Assembly: GCA_951406725.2 (NCBI GenBank)
Contig: OX597815.1
Coordinates: 92,194,001 to 92,258,000, forward strand
Direction: 5' to 3'
Source: Octopus vulgaris
Taxonomy: Eukaryota
Length of the DNA stretch: 64,000 nt
The notes beneath the pieces were generated by a model. It saw only the letters and a list, made by a program, of their open reading frames with translations, was not told the origin of the DNA and searched no databases. The position numbers were made by a program, and so were the translations under genes. Below are positions 24,285 to 36,211 of this stretch, piece by piece. Position 1 is the stretch's first letter. Each line of letters begins with the position of its first letter.

Positions 24285-24890
24285 GATTTGCAGGGAGGCT
24301 ATTGCATTGCTTCATGGAACAATGAGGAAATTAGACTACTGGAGTTGTGTGATGCATGTAACCTTTTAACCTGCAACACAAAGTTCAGGAAGCCAGACAG
24401 CCACCTGACAACCTATCAGTTAGGAGAATCTGCTAGCCAGATTGATTTCTTCCCTATCAGACAGCAAGACGCAAGGTAGCCCTGAAATACAAAGTCCCTC
24501 CCAGGTGAGGAATGCAACCACTAGCATAGAATAGTCATTAGTGACTTTAGACATGAAACAAGTAGAATGCCAAGAGTAGACCAATCCAAAAGAGAAGGAT
24601 TTGGAAGCTAAAGAACTCATCACATGGAGATTGTAGTTGTGCCGGTAGCACATAAATAGCACCGTACTAATGTGGCAGATGCCAGTCATGCTTTGACTGG
24701 CTTCCATACAGGTGGCACGTACGAAGCACTGTGTACACTGTTTGAGTGGATGGAGTTAGGAAGGGAATCCAGCTGTAGAAATGCTGCCAGATCCAATTGG
24801 GGCCTAGTAAAGCCTCCTGGCGTCCCAGACCCCAGTTGAAGCGTCCAACTCGTGCCAGCATGGAAAACGGACATTAGGCTATGATGATAT
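24285..24890 (+). mobile_element. RTE fragment: endonuclease remnant joined to 3' tail
   Basis: NEEIRLLELCDACNLLTCNTKFRKPDSHLTTYQLGESASQIDF (RTE APE), then the tail motif AGGAAGGGAATCCAGCTGTAGAAA. Confidence 0.8.
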
Positions 24891-25183
24891 ATATATACAC
24901 ACATATATTAGATACATGTATACACATATAGAACATATATACATATGTATACACACACACACACATATATATATACATACATATATATAGATGTATACAC
25001 ATACATATGTATAGATACGTATACATATGTATACACATATATAAATATATGTATATATACATATATATAAAAATATATGCACATTTATACACATAAAATA
25101 TAGGGTACCAAGGTTTTTTTCAGAAATTTCACTTCCAGTGGCCTAGCATGGATAAAATGACAAGAGACACATACTCTCACTAC

Positions 25184-25447
25184 AAAATAGTGCACATTTA
25201 AACGAGAGAAAACTGCCTTTAACAGGCAGTTTTTACACACTAGAAAAAGCAGTCAAAATGACCAAAACCACATTTAAGAGTAATCTTCAAAAGCAATGAA
25301 AATAATAACAAGGTAAAAGTTTTTACTTTTCATTCCCTTTGAAGATTACTCTTAAATGTGGATTTTATAGTTTTGCCATCCTCTTGTGTGTAAATACTGC
25401 CCATTGAAGGCAAGTTTTCTCTTAGTATTTAAATGTACACTATTTTA
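25184..25447. repeat. Foldback palindrome, about 120-bp imperfect arms
   Basis: AAAATAGTGCACATTTAAA...CCACATTTAAGAGTAATCTTCAAA versus TTTGAAGATTACTCTTAAATGTGG...TTTAAATGTACACTATTTT. Confidence 0.88.
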
Positions 25448-25581
25448 CATACACATAGATATACATCTACACACATAGATATACATCTACACACATAGAT
25501 ATACATCTATAGATATGTATATACGCATCTATACATATATATATCTATACACACACACATATATATATATACATATATATA

Positions 25582-26046
25582 TCATCATCATCATCATCGT
25601 CATTTAACGTCCGTTCTCCATGCTAGCATGGGTTGGACGGTTCGACCGGGGATCTGGGAAGCCAGAAGGCTGCACCAGGCTCCAGTCTTATCTGGCAGTG
25701 TTTCTACAGCTGGATGCCCTTCCTAACGCCAACCACTCCGTGAGTGTAGTGGGTGCTTTTTACGTGCCACCTGCACAGGTGCCAGGCGAGGGTGGCAACG
25801 GCCACGGTCGGATTGGTGTATTTTATGTGCCACCGGCACGGAAGCCAGACGAGGCGGTGCTGGCATCGGCTACGAGTCGGATGGTGCTTTTTACGTACCA
25901 CCAGACCAGGGATCCTGGCTGGTTCAATTCGATTTCGATTTCGCTTGCCTCAACATGTCTTCGCAAGCAAGGGGGTTGGCATGGGTGCCTGTTGTACGGT
26001 CAGATTCATCGTCGTTTAACGTCCGTTCTCCATGCTAGCATGGGTT
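25582..26046 (-). mobile_element. RTE 3' UTR/tail plus a second short tail copy (26006-26046)
   Basis: Close match to 48929-49245; internal repeats of about 65 bp. Confidence 0.9.
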
Positions 26047-26582
26047 ATATACATATATATATATATATATACATATACACACACACATATATATATATAA
26101 ATATATATACGTATATATATACACATATATATATACACATACATATACATACACACATATATACACATACATATCTGGATGCATATGTATGTATAGCAAA
26201 ACGGCATGAGGTATGAGCTGAAACTATGGAAAAAAAATATATACATATACATACATATATACAGATACACACACACACATGTATATATACATACATATAT
26301 ATACATATACACACACACACACATGTATATATACATACATATATATATACATACATATATATATATACATACACACACACATGTATATATACATACATAT
26401 ATATACATATACACACACACATGTATATATACATACATACACACATGTATATATACATACATATACATACACATATATATGTTTTGTTGAATTTTCTGCT
26501 GCTTTAACTAAAGCATATTACTCTACCACTGGTATTTGAGTACTCTTTTTTCCACCTTGTTTCACATTTGTGTTTACTCCGG

Positions 26583-26622
<40 letters not shown>

Positions 26623-26625
26623 TAT

Positions 26626-26922
26626 TGTGACACCCTTCAGTCATGACTGACGATGGGATTGCACCTAAAAAGTTACCCGCCTAATGTTGTCTATAGAAAA
26701 CTAGCATTTGCCCATGCATACCAACCTCCCCTCCCCACGCCACCAGTGTCATCTAAGGGAACGGCAACAGCAGATACAGCTAGGCACCTGTGACGTCGCA
26801 ACTCATTTCTACAGCTGAGTGAACTGGAGCAACGTGAAATAAAGTGTCTTGCCGGCCTGGGATTCAAACTCACCCCACGATCGTAAGCTCCACGCTCTTA
26901 CCACTGAGCCATGCACCTTCAC
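26626..26922 (-). mobile_element. tRNA-derived SINE (family B)
   Basis: Minus strand: A-box TGGCTCAGTGG, B-box-like GTTTGAATCC, then GCAAGACACTTTATTTCACGTTGCTCCAGTTCACTCAGCTGTAGAAATGAGT (CORE-like). Confidence 0.75.
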
Positions 26923-27289
26923 ATATATGGATATATGCACAAATATGTACATAAATATACATTTAAATATACATATATGCAAATATAATCATATATGTCA
27001 GACAAGAAAAATTTGAGGACAGTTTCTTTTTAACCCTGAAGAAGACTTGTATCTTCCAAAATATTGGATACACATAAAACCAAAGATTATCAAGTAACTT
27101 TTAGCATATGTTTCGTCATCTTAAAAGCTATTGGCACTGCTTGGCCTTATACATCTTCCAACATTACATATACACACACATATACACACACATATATATG
27201 TATAAAGATACATATATACACACCTTTATGTATATATATACACACACACACACATAGATGTCTAGATATGTAAATATATGTCTATACAT

Positions 27290-27748
27290 ATGTCACATTC
27301 CAGGGTGGAAAACAAGAAGTAGTTGATACCTTCCTTTACCTAGGTCACCAAACATTTAGTGGGGGTGGATGCTCTGAGGGTGTAGCTGCTAGAATAAGAA
27401 CCTGGGCAAATTTCAGAAAACTCCCACCTCTACTGGTTACATGTAATGTCAGTGTGCATACATAACAGAGTGCAAGTGCTCTGAGAGAAAAGTTCGACTT
27501 AAAACATGCGATGTGGTGGGCACAAATTGAGTGCGGTCATTGCCAGCACCACCTGACTAGTCCTTGTGCTGGTGGCATGTAAATGCACCCATTACACCTT
27601 GAAAGGCTGGCGTTAGGAAGGGCATACAGCTGTAGAAACTTTGCTGGACGAGATTGGAGCCTGGTGCAGCCTTCTCGATTGCCAGTCCTCAGGCAAACCA
27701 TCCAAAACATGCCAGCAAGGAAAGGGGTGCTAAATGACTATGATGATA
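27290..27748 (+). mobile_element. Internally deleted RTE fragment with 3' tail
   Basis: EVVDTFLYLG-like RT C-terminus; GCTGCTAGAATAAG shared with 28757; ends in the tail motif. Confidence 0.75.
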
Positions 27749-27924
27749 TGTATACACACATAGAGATATATATACACACATACACATACTAATATATATA
27801 CACATATATACTTATATACATACACACACACATATACTAATACAGACACATATATATAAACCTATATACATACACACATACATATATATACACACATATA
27901 CATACAAACACATAGCATCATAGT

Positions 27925-29732
27925 GAACTGTTACAATGGTAAAGGTTATACTTTCGATACAAATAATTACAGAGGTATCAAGTGGTTAGATCAGGAAATG
28001 AAGTTTACGGAAGTCATAGCCTAACTAATTAGGGAGAGAGTCAGTCTAAGTGAGATGTAGTTTGGGTTCCAGCCAGGGAGAAACACCACTGCCACTGATG
28101 CTATATTTCTGGTAAGACAGCTGCAAGAGAAATACCTAGCCAAAGGTAAACCTCTGTACCTGGCTTTCGTTGACATAGAGAAAGCTTTTGATACGATCTC
28201 CTGATCCCTTATCTGTTGGTCAGTCAGGAAACTAGGGACAGATGAATGGTTAGTGAGAGCTGTGCAAGCCATGTACAGGGATGCTGTCAGCGAGGTGAAG
28301 GTTGGCAACGAGTACAGTGAAGAATTCCGTGCAGGGGTAGGGTTCCACCAAGGATCAGTCATCAGCCCTTTCTTATTCATCATAGTCCTCCAGGCTAAAC
28401 AGGAATTCAAGACAGGATGCTCTTGGGAGCTCCTCTATACTGATGACCTTGCTCCAATTGCTGAGTCACTATCAGAACTAGAGGAAAAATCTCAGGTGTG
28501 GAAGCAAGGATTAGAATCCAAGGGCCTTAGAGTCAACCTAGGAAGGCAGACAAATCACAAATCCCTTCAGGTAGATGGCCCTACATGATCTGTACAAAAG
28601 CAATAGGTAGAAACTCCATAAGATGTACCCAGTGTAAGATATAGACACATGAGAGGTGCAGCAATATCAAAGGAAGGCTAACTGGGAAGATACTTTTTGT
28701 ATGTTGCAAATGATCATGAAAATGTGAAGAGAACAGCTTCTGTTACATTCCAGTGCAGCTGCTAGAATAAGTACAGCCTGGACAAAGTTCAGGGAGATAC
28801 TCCCTCTGCTGGTGACAAACGGCCACTCACTTAGAGTAAAAGTTAGACCGTATGATGCATGCAAACAAACAGCCATGCTACATGGCAGTGAAACATGCAC
28901 CATGACTGCTTTGGACATGCATAAGCTTGCAAGGAATGAAGCCAGTATGCCCCACTGGATGTGTAATGTCTATGAGCACACACAATAGAGTGTAAACGCC
29001 CCAAGAGAAAATTTGGATTTAAGAAGCAGCAGATGTGGTGTGCAAGAGAGACGACTGCACTGGTATTGTAAAGTGTTGCAAATGAATGAGGAGAGCTGTG
29101 TGAGAAAGTGCCACACCCTAGCAGTCGAAGGAAACTTGTGGAAGAGGTAGACCCAGGAAGACCTGGGATGAGGTGGTGAAGCACAACCTTTGAACATTGG
29201 TCCTTGCCAAGGCAATGACTAGTGACCAAGACCTTTATGCGACCATAGTCTGTGGCCATGCCAGTGGGTGTAACCAGCTATGAACACCCCTCATCCATTG
29301 GACAATAAACTTTGCTTGCAAAGACCTATTGAGGCAAGTGAAATCAAATCAAAATTGCTAATGTGGCCAATGATAGCACAACCTGATTGGTACTTGTGCC
29401 AGTGGAACGTTAAAAGCAAAGCACATCTTAGTGTGATTGTTTCCAGGGTCACGGATTGGCTCTCGTGCTGGCGGTACATAATGAGCACCACTTGATCGTG
29501 AACGCTGCCAACGTCGCCTTACTGGCACATGAAAAACAACATCCGAGCGTGGTTGTTGCCATTGTGGCCGGACTGCCTCTCATGCAGTTAGCACCTTTTG
29601 AGCGTTCCTGTCGCCCGAAGCGTCTGACTCTCAGAGTGGCTTGCGTCAGGAAGGGCATCCAGCTGTAGAAACTTTGCCAGATCAGATTATACCGAGTGAA
29701 GCCTTCTGGTTTACCAGTCCTCAGTCAAACCG
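27925..29732 (+). pseudogene. Decayed RTE-clade LINE (RT region and 3' UTR)
   Basis: FGFQPGR, DAIFLVRQLQEKYLAKGKPLYLAFVDIEKAFD, VGFHQGSVISPFLF, LLYTDDL, GRPRKTWDEVVK; ends in the AGGAAGGGCATCCAGCTGTAGAAAC tail. Confidence 0.9.
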
Positions 29733-29768
<36 letters not shown>

Positions 29769-30279
29769 TACATGTACACAAACCTGTATACACATACATA
29801 TACATTATATATATATATATATATATATCTTTGTCACTGTTTAAAATCCGTTCTCCTTACTGGGATGTGTTGGGCAGTTTGACTTATTGCCTGGCAAGCC
29901 ATACATATAAACAGATATATATATATATTCATATACATATATATACACACACATATACACAAACTGACACACATACATAGAGATAAATATATATACGCAC
30001 ACACATCTATGTATATACACACTCACACACCTCACATTATTATTGAACAAAGAGATGGAACATAAGTGTTAAAACACCATCCATTACTGTCCCTCATGGA
30101 CTGTTTCTCTCCTTTCCTTTCGAACTGGAGTAGTTGAGCATGCTCTCTGTAGTAAGTCACCTGCCTCGTATCTCTCCATTATACTGTAACCTCTCAGGTG
30201 GCACAAAACCATTTTCCTCAGTTCCACTCCTTCTCTCAGCTAAGAGGTCTTCATCATGCAAATTACTCGGCAAACTCAT

Positions 30280-30503
30280 TAGTGTTAGTGCCATATAAAA
30301 ATCACCCAGTACTCAGTAAAGTGGTTGTTGGGAAAGGCATCCAGCCATAGAAACCATGCTAAAGCAGCTCCTGTCAAACCATCCAGCCCATGGCGGCATA
30401 GAAGATGGATGTTAAATGATGACATCATTCTCATTGGCTCCCAGCTTTGTAAGCCTCTGTCAAACTGCCCAACCCATGCCAGCATGGAAGGCAGACGTTA
30501 AAT
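30280..30503 (+). mobile_element. Two tandem degenerate RTE tail fragments
   Basis: GGCATCCAGCCATAGAAAC; CCAACCCATGCCAGCATGGAAGGCAGACGTTAAAT. Confidence 0.7.
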
Positions 30504-30840
30504 GTTGAGACATATGCCCATATAGATATTTATATACATATTCACATGTATGGTGGGGCACACGTGCACATATCTACCATTTATATATGCATACATATAT
30601 ACATACGAAAGCAAGTACAAATATACATATAATATACATACAAGAACATATAAACACACATACAGACAGAAATATACATATGTGCACCTACACCTAACAA
30701 ACACACCTACACTTATACAATGGATTTGTTTTAGCTTCTGCCAGTGCAATACTATAGCAGAAAACACTTGACCAAGGTACTTCACAGTGTGACTGAATAG
30801 AAAACCATGTGGTTCTGAAGTAAACTTCATAACCAAACAT

Positions 30841-30881
<41 letters not shown>

Positions 30882-31452
30882 AATACACACAGGCATACAT
30901 ACCTAGAAACACTTGTATCTAAAAATATATACACCCACATGCATATTAAACTCTATTTAATGTTACCTTTTATATGCAGGTATGGATCCAAAGGAAATAT
31001 AAGGGGGCAGTTTATTTTTATGCATAAATGACCTACCTGATTTAAGTAAGGTAATGTTTCCTTGTAGTGAACATGTCCTCACAGAAGAATGTAAATTGAC
31101 ACTAATTGCACAATGGTGACATGCATCAACTATAATTACACAATATCAAGACAAGGAGATACTAACTTACACACACACAAACACACATTTTATTTGTATA
31201 TATACATTATGCATGCACACACACAAAGTTAAACTAATCTCCACTAGATTTTGACAATGACTATTTCAGTTTGATTGAATTAACATTCTACTGAATTCTG
31301 TAATAAACCTTTCATTTAAATAGAAATGCCTACAGATTCATGATATAGAAATGAAAAGTTTGGAAGGTTATAATAATAATAAAAAAAAGAAAGAAACCCT
31401 GGTAACGTCTGAATATTCTATTCCTAATTACTATCCTATGATTATAGAATGA

Positions 31453-32371
31453 CTAGCATTAAAGACTCGTCTTTGCCGGGTCATAGTGCTAGTGGATGTA
31501 TATATGTGTACATATTACATGTACATCTATATATATATACATCTACACATAAAATACAAAGTTATATCTTGATATCGCTAGTGATAATAATACTCAAAAT
31601 ATATAACAGACTGGAATTGTTAGCCCGTCTCTTGTAATTTCGATCAATTGTATCTTGTCCTCCCTCTTGTATAGAAGTGTGGCTACAATCTGACGGCTGC
31701 AGCGAAATTCATTTTCTTCAATCGAAGACATCTTAACAAAAATACTTCCGTATAAACGGTGAAAATATTGTCAATTTCCCCAAACAGGAACACAATTCAA
31801 TTTTTAAACAATAACCAAAGCTCCTTCTCCCAAAGGGGGAGGGTTACAGTTTACAATTATTTAACAAATGCAACACAACAACGCTTCCCTTACGAGTAAC
31901 CAACAAACGTGATAACAATAGTTAAACAGAAATAATAATAACAAACCTTACGGTAAACCAAAAAGCAGTACTCTGTTGAAGCCATAGGCCTTTATGGATC
32001 AGAAATAAACTAACAGCGGTACTCAGTAGAATGCTTAATGCTAGCTAATTAGCAAATAATCTAATTATTACTTACTACATATAATTCAATTGTTATTATT
32101 ATTTTTATTGTTAAAGTGAAAGTATCTGACATAAAATAGAGAAATGTTTTTGTTTCACTTTTAACAAGTAATACTGAAATAATGGAGAAGATATGATATT
32201 GCTATGGGCTTGCTCTTGGCAAGAAGTTGAACATTTTTTTTGCCCATGAAACTACATGGATCCTAAGTAAGGCATGTGTAAAATTTGAATGAAATTGGTT
32301 GTGTAGTTCTCAAGTTTTAGGGAAACACACAGACAGACAGACACACATTCTCAGTTTTATATATATAAAGA
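31453..32371 (-). mobile_element. Candidate non-autonomous Helitron-like element
   Basis: Minus strand starts A|TC-TTTATATATA with (CTGT)n and ends in a hairpin plus CTAG|T; 32110-32371 is homologous to 63104-63360. Confidence 0.55.
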
Positions 32372-32401
32372 TAGCTGTAGGAAAGGAACTGAATCACTTA
32401 C

Positions 32402-32459
32402 CGAGTTGTAATCACTGTTACTCGACTGCCTGTTTGGGCTTTGCATGTTGTTAGCTTTT
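32402..32459 (-). CDS. Candidate host exon (58 nt), possibly the first coding exon, MQSPNRQSSNSDYNS
   Basis: Acceptor TTCTTCCTTTTCAG, donor G|GTAAGT, AACAACATG context. Confidence 0.55.
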
Positions 32460-33107
32460 CTGAAAAGGAAGAATAAGCAATTATAATAGCATTTCAAAAA
32501 CATATCTAGTATGGACTATATTTTACATCATCTGTAACTTAACAGAACTCAAGTTTATTATGATTAGGCAGACATTGCAGTATTAATGTCCTTAAAACTA
32601 TCATGAGAACTCCAAAGAGTGGGAAGCTCATCTTCAAATAGCTTTAATATTTAACTGCAAAGATGCTCATGAAAATAGGAATAAAGTAAAATTCATCAAT
32701 ACAATCTTTGTTACAAATAATTTACAAAATAAACCCAATTCAAATTTTAATTAGAATACCATATACAAATACATATACACAGATAAAAACTACAAGGTAA
32801 CTGAATAGAAGGAATTTCAAAATCTACCATCCTTAAATATGTAAATGAAAACAATTTTAAGAAAATATGTGTAAAATAGAGAAACATATCTAACCTACAT
32901 TAACAAGCATCATTTTCTGTTGGTAGATATCAGCATGTGAATGATAATGATTTGTAAACATTTATTTTATGTCCAAAATGTATTTTGAAAAAAGAAGAAA
33001 AAAAACAAAAACACTTCAACATTTCTTTATATAATGATTTAAAATATAACTTATCTTGAAATGACTAAAGTAAATTTATAGAGTCCTCCATTTTACAGCA
33101 GTAAAAT

Positions 33108-33485
33108 AGGTGCAGACACAGCCATGCAGCTAAGAAGTTTGCTGCTTCTCAGCCACAAGATTTTTTGTTCAGTCCCACTGTGCAGCACTGGGAAAGTGTT
33201 TTCTTACTACAGCCCCAAACCCTGAGTGAATTTGGTAGACAAAAATTGAATAAAACCTGTAGTGAGTATATTTGTCTCCTTGTCCTGACATTGCATGATA
33301 GTAGTAAAGGAGTACAACTGTTATTCATTTCCAATTCTGCAGGAACATATCTAGCCATGGAAAAATATTACCTTGCTTGAAAACATAATGGTTAGAGACA
33401 AGAAAGGCATCCAGCTGTAGAACGTCTGCTACAATAAAAATTCTGTTCAACCCATGCAAAGTGGGTGTTAAAACGATGAAGAAAA
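33108..33485 (+). mobile_element. SINE with family-A head and RTE-derived tail
   Basis: GTTCAGTCCCACTG...AAGTGTTTTCTTACTACAGCC...TTTGGTAGAC head; ends GGCATCCAGCTGTAGAA...AACCCATGCAA...GTTAAAACGATGA. Confidence 0.7.
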
Positions 33486-33709
33486 CAAAGGAGATTAGAA
33501 TGCTATTTGAAAAATATGAAGAGAATGTTGCTTTTAAAAGCAGTCACTTTCTTATATATTTACATCCTAGACACACACACATATCCCAAGGCAGGGGGGT
33601 GGGCGACACCTCTACAGCAGACACACCCACACAACTGTTCCAAAGGTGGACAGAAATACATCCTCAAGGTCACTACTGAGAAGCAATTTTAACATTACTA
33701 AAATCTTTA

Positions 33710-33882
33710 AAGGCAGAATTGTCTGCATGCTAGGCAAAATGCATAGTGGCATTTCATCCATCATTACACTGAGAGTTCAAATTTCGCAGACGTTAACTTT
33801 GCCTTTCATCTCTCCAGGCTCAATGTAATCAACTTAACCACTCCCCCAAAATTGCTGGCCTTGTGCCAAATTTGAAATCAAT
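33710..33882 (+). mobile_element. Degenerate SINE (family C)
   Basis: GAGTTCAAATT B-box-like motif, ACTTTGCCTTTCATC, CCCCCAAAATTGCTGGCCTTGTG; related to 57955-58460. Confidence 0.65.
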
Positions 33883-34329
33883 TTTATGAAAATCTTTTTA
33901 TTTTACCATCTGTAATTCTTTCTAATACAGCTGACATGTAATATAACTCAAAACATTCAACTATACAATATGTTACACTTTTTATACCACCCCAGGTTTT
34001 ATTACACAAAATTGTCCTAGTCCTGTATTCAATCAAGTGCTGCAATATAAATCTAACCTAAACCTTCCAACATTGGAAGTTCTCCAAATTCTTGATTAAT
34101 TTTAAGTAAATTAAAATATACAGGCTACTTTTACAGGTTCCAGTCAGAGAATGTGGCCATACTGGGGCATTGTGTATTTTAATAGAAATAGCTTGTAAGT
34201 GCATTCATCAGTATTTATTCTTGAATAAAAATTGTTATGCTGATTGAAATGGAAAAAATAAAATAACCTACAAATTATTCAGTTTAGTTTTCCAACATTG
34301 AACCTTATTGTGCAGGTCTCCAAGTTCTA

Positions 34330-34475
34330 GGCATGGCTACGCAGTGAAGAAATTCACTATATAACGATGTGGTTTTGAGTTCCATACCACTGCACAGTAC
34401 AGTGGGCAAGTGTTTTCCACTATAGCCTTGAACTCAATGCCTTCTGAGAGAAATTGGTAGACAGAAATTAGACAA
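34330..34475 (+). mobile_element. Degenerate family-A SINE head
   Basis: GAGTTCCATACCACTGCACAG...GGGCAAGTGTTTTCCACTATAGCC...TTGGTAGACAGAAA. Confidence 0.65.
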
Positions 34476-35125
34476 AAACTAGGTGTATTAACAATGACCA
34501 TGATGGATGATTTGCTACCAATTGGTGGTAAGGCCGGCTATTATACAAGTGGAAAGATTACCAAACGTACAAGATGATTACAAAATCATTAGGTTTTGTT
34601 TATGGCTTTAGTAAAAATGCTTGACATGTTCAAAAGAGATAAAAACCTAAATCCAGTAAACTGTAGAATCCAATAGATTGGCATGCATCTCAGATTTAAG
34701 AGTCACAACCTACACACATTGTGATTTCGATAAGCTTTGACCAAGACAAGATCAAACCAAAACTTCATAAACAAGCTGCATTGTTTCTTCAAGAATCATT
34801 ACACAAACAGCTGAAAACTAAGCAACAACATGAAAATTGTGGTGAACCACTCTATAGCTTGCTTTTGTGGTAAAAGTAAACATTCTTGAAATGCAGGAAA
34901 CTGTATAGGTGTAGGCAAAAATGCTAAACAGGGTCTGATAAATTTGTTATATGAATTTAAAACTCCAATCATGAAGAAAACTATATATCAAAACCAACTC
35001 AATTTATGGACCACCAAAATTAACTTTGACATGTTTATAATTAAGAAATAAGCTATTAAAATTCACTACCAGTTCAAAAATGTAGTGCACTAAAACTAAA
35101 AGACTGAACACCTAAAGTAACTTAC

Positions 35126-35320
35126 ACATCATTTTAGAAGAAACTCAGTTTTCAAGATTTAAAGGATTGAATACAAAACTTAAGTGAATGTTATAGAATG
35201 ATTACACTATTTTCAGTGCAAAACACAAGTCAAATCATAGAATCTGTGGAATCACACACAGTTAGTGCTGACTCCAGTAACCTAATTTTTCCAAATGAGT
35301 TTACAGCTAGTTCCACATCC
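35126..35320 (-). other. Candidate non-coding (5' UTR) exon
   Basis: Long polypyrimidine tract plus CAG acceptor (35321-35347); GT|GTAAGT donor at 35120-35125; stop-rich. Confidence 0.35.
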
Positions 35321-36083
35321 CTGGTATCAATAAAAGAAAAAAGAAAACTTAATAAGCAAGTGAGATATAAATTTTGTATCAACTGTATACAAGGACAACT
35401 AGAATTACTGCAAGTGATAGTTCCAATTGTTCAGATAAAAAGTCAGAAAGGCAAATATAAACTAAAGTATACTTTTTAAAAATATTCAATAAAATGAAAA
35501 AAACCGTTACTGTCAAAAATAGTAAGTATATTACTAATAAGACTTTGGATGACAGGATCAGGTCCTTAAAATGGTGACTCAGACCTATCCAATACAACAC
35601 TGTAACTATTTTATATGCATGAAGAAATTCATTAAATCAGAAGACTAGCTACTGAATTACTTAGACAGTGCTTCAAAACAATTCTATTCAATACTGATTC
35701 AAAATTTCAAGCAAAATAAATAAAGCATGGTTTAATATGAAGAATTCCAGCATTCTTAAACAGAGCAGCATTTAAAATTAATTTCAAATGTATACTTTCT
35801 AAAAACAACATGTCATTACTTTCTACATTAGCATTAAGTAGTTAGCTTTAAAAAAATTTTACTACCATCAATTAGAAAATACTAACTCTAAAATAAATTT
35901 GGATACCAATGTTTGCCACTCAAGAATTTTGATTCTCCAAATTAGACTGAACTTCAAATGAATGTTGTACCAATTGTTGACAGTTGCATTTAAGGCTACC
36001 ATTAGCAGTCCAAAAATCAATGCAACACCATTTGGTTATGCTGAGGTCATATATCAGGGTATGAAAAATTTACATTTCCGTAT

Positions 36084-36211
36084 TTAATTTTCCCATATGT
36101 CTTCGCCAAACTTGTGTAGTTTCCATTGTCTGAGCTCAACTGGTAGAGAACAGTAACCAAGAAAATGATGTGGACCATTGCCAAGAAGCTTTATTGACTC
36201 CTTTTTTCTAC
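36084..36211 (-). other. Candidate exon 5' part carrying a short open frame
   Basis: Acceptor TCTCTTTATTCTCTTGCAG at 36212-36230; frame RKKESIKLLGNGPHHFLGYCSLPVELRQWKLHKFGEDIWEN*. Confidence 0.4.

Noticed and set aside
26880-26922. tRNA gene
   Set aside because: The A/B boxes belong to a SINE head; no complete cloverleaf.
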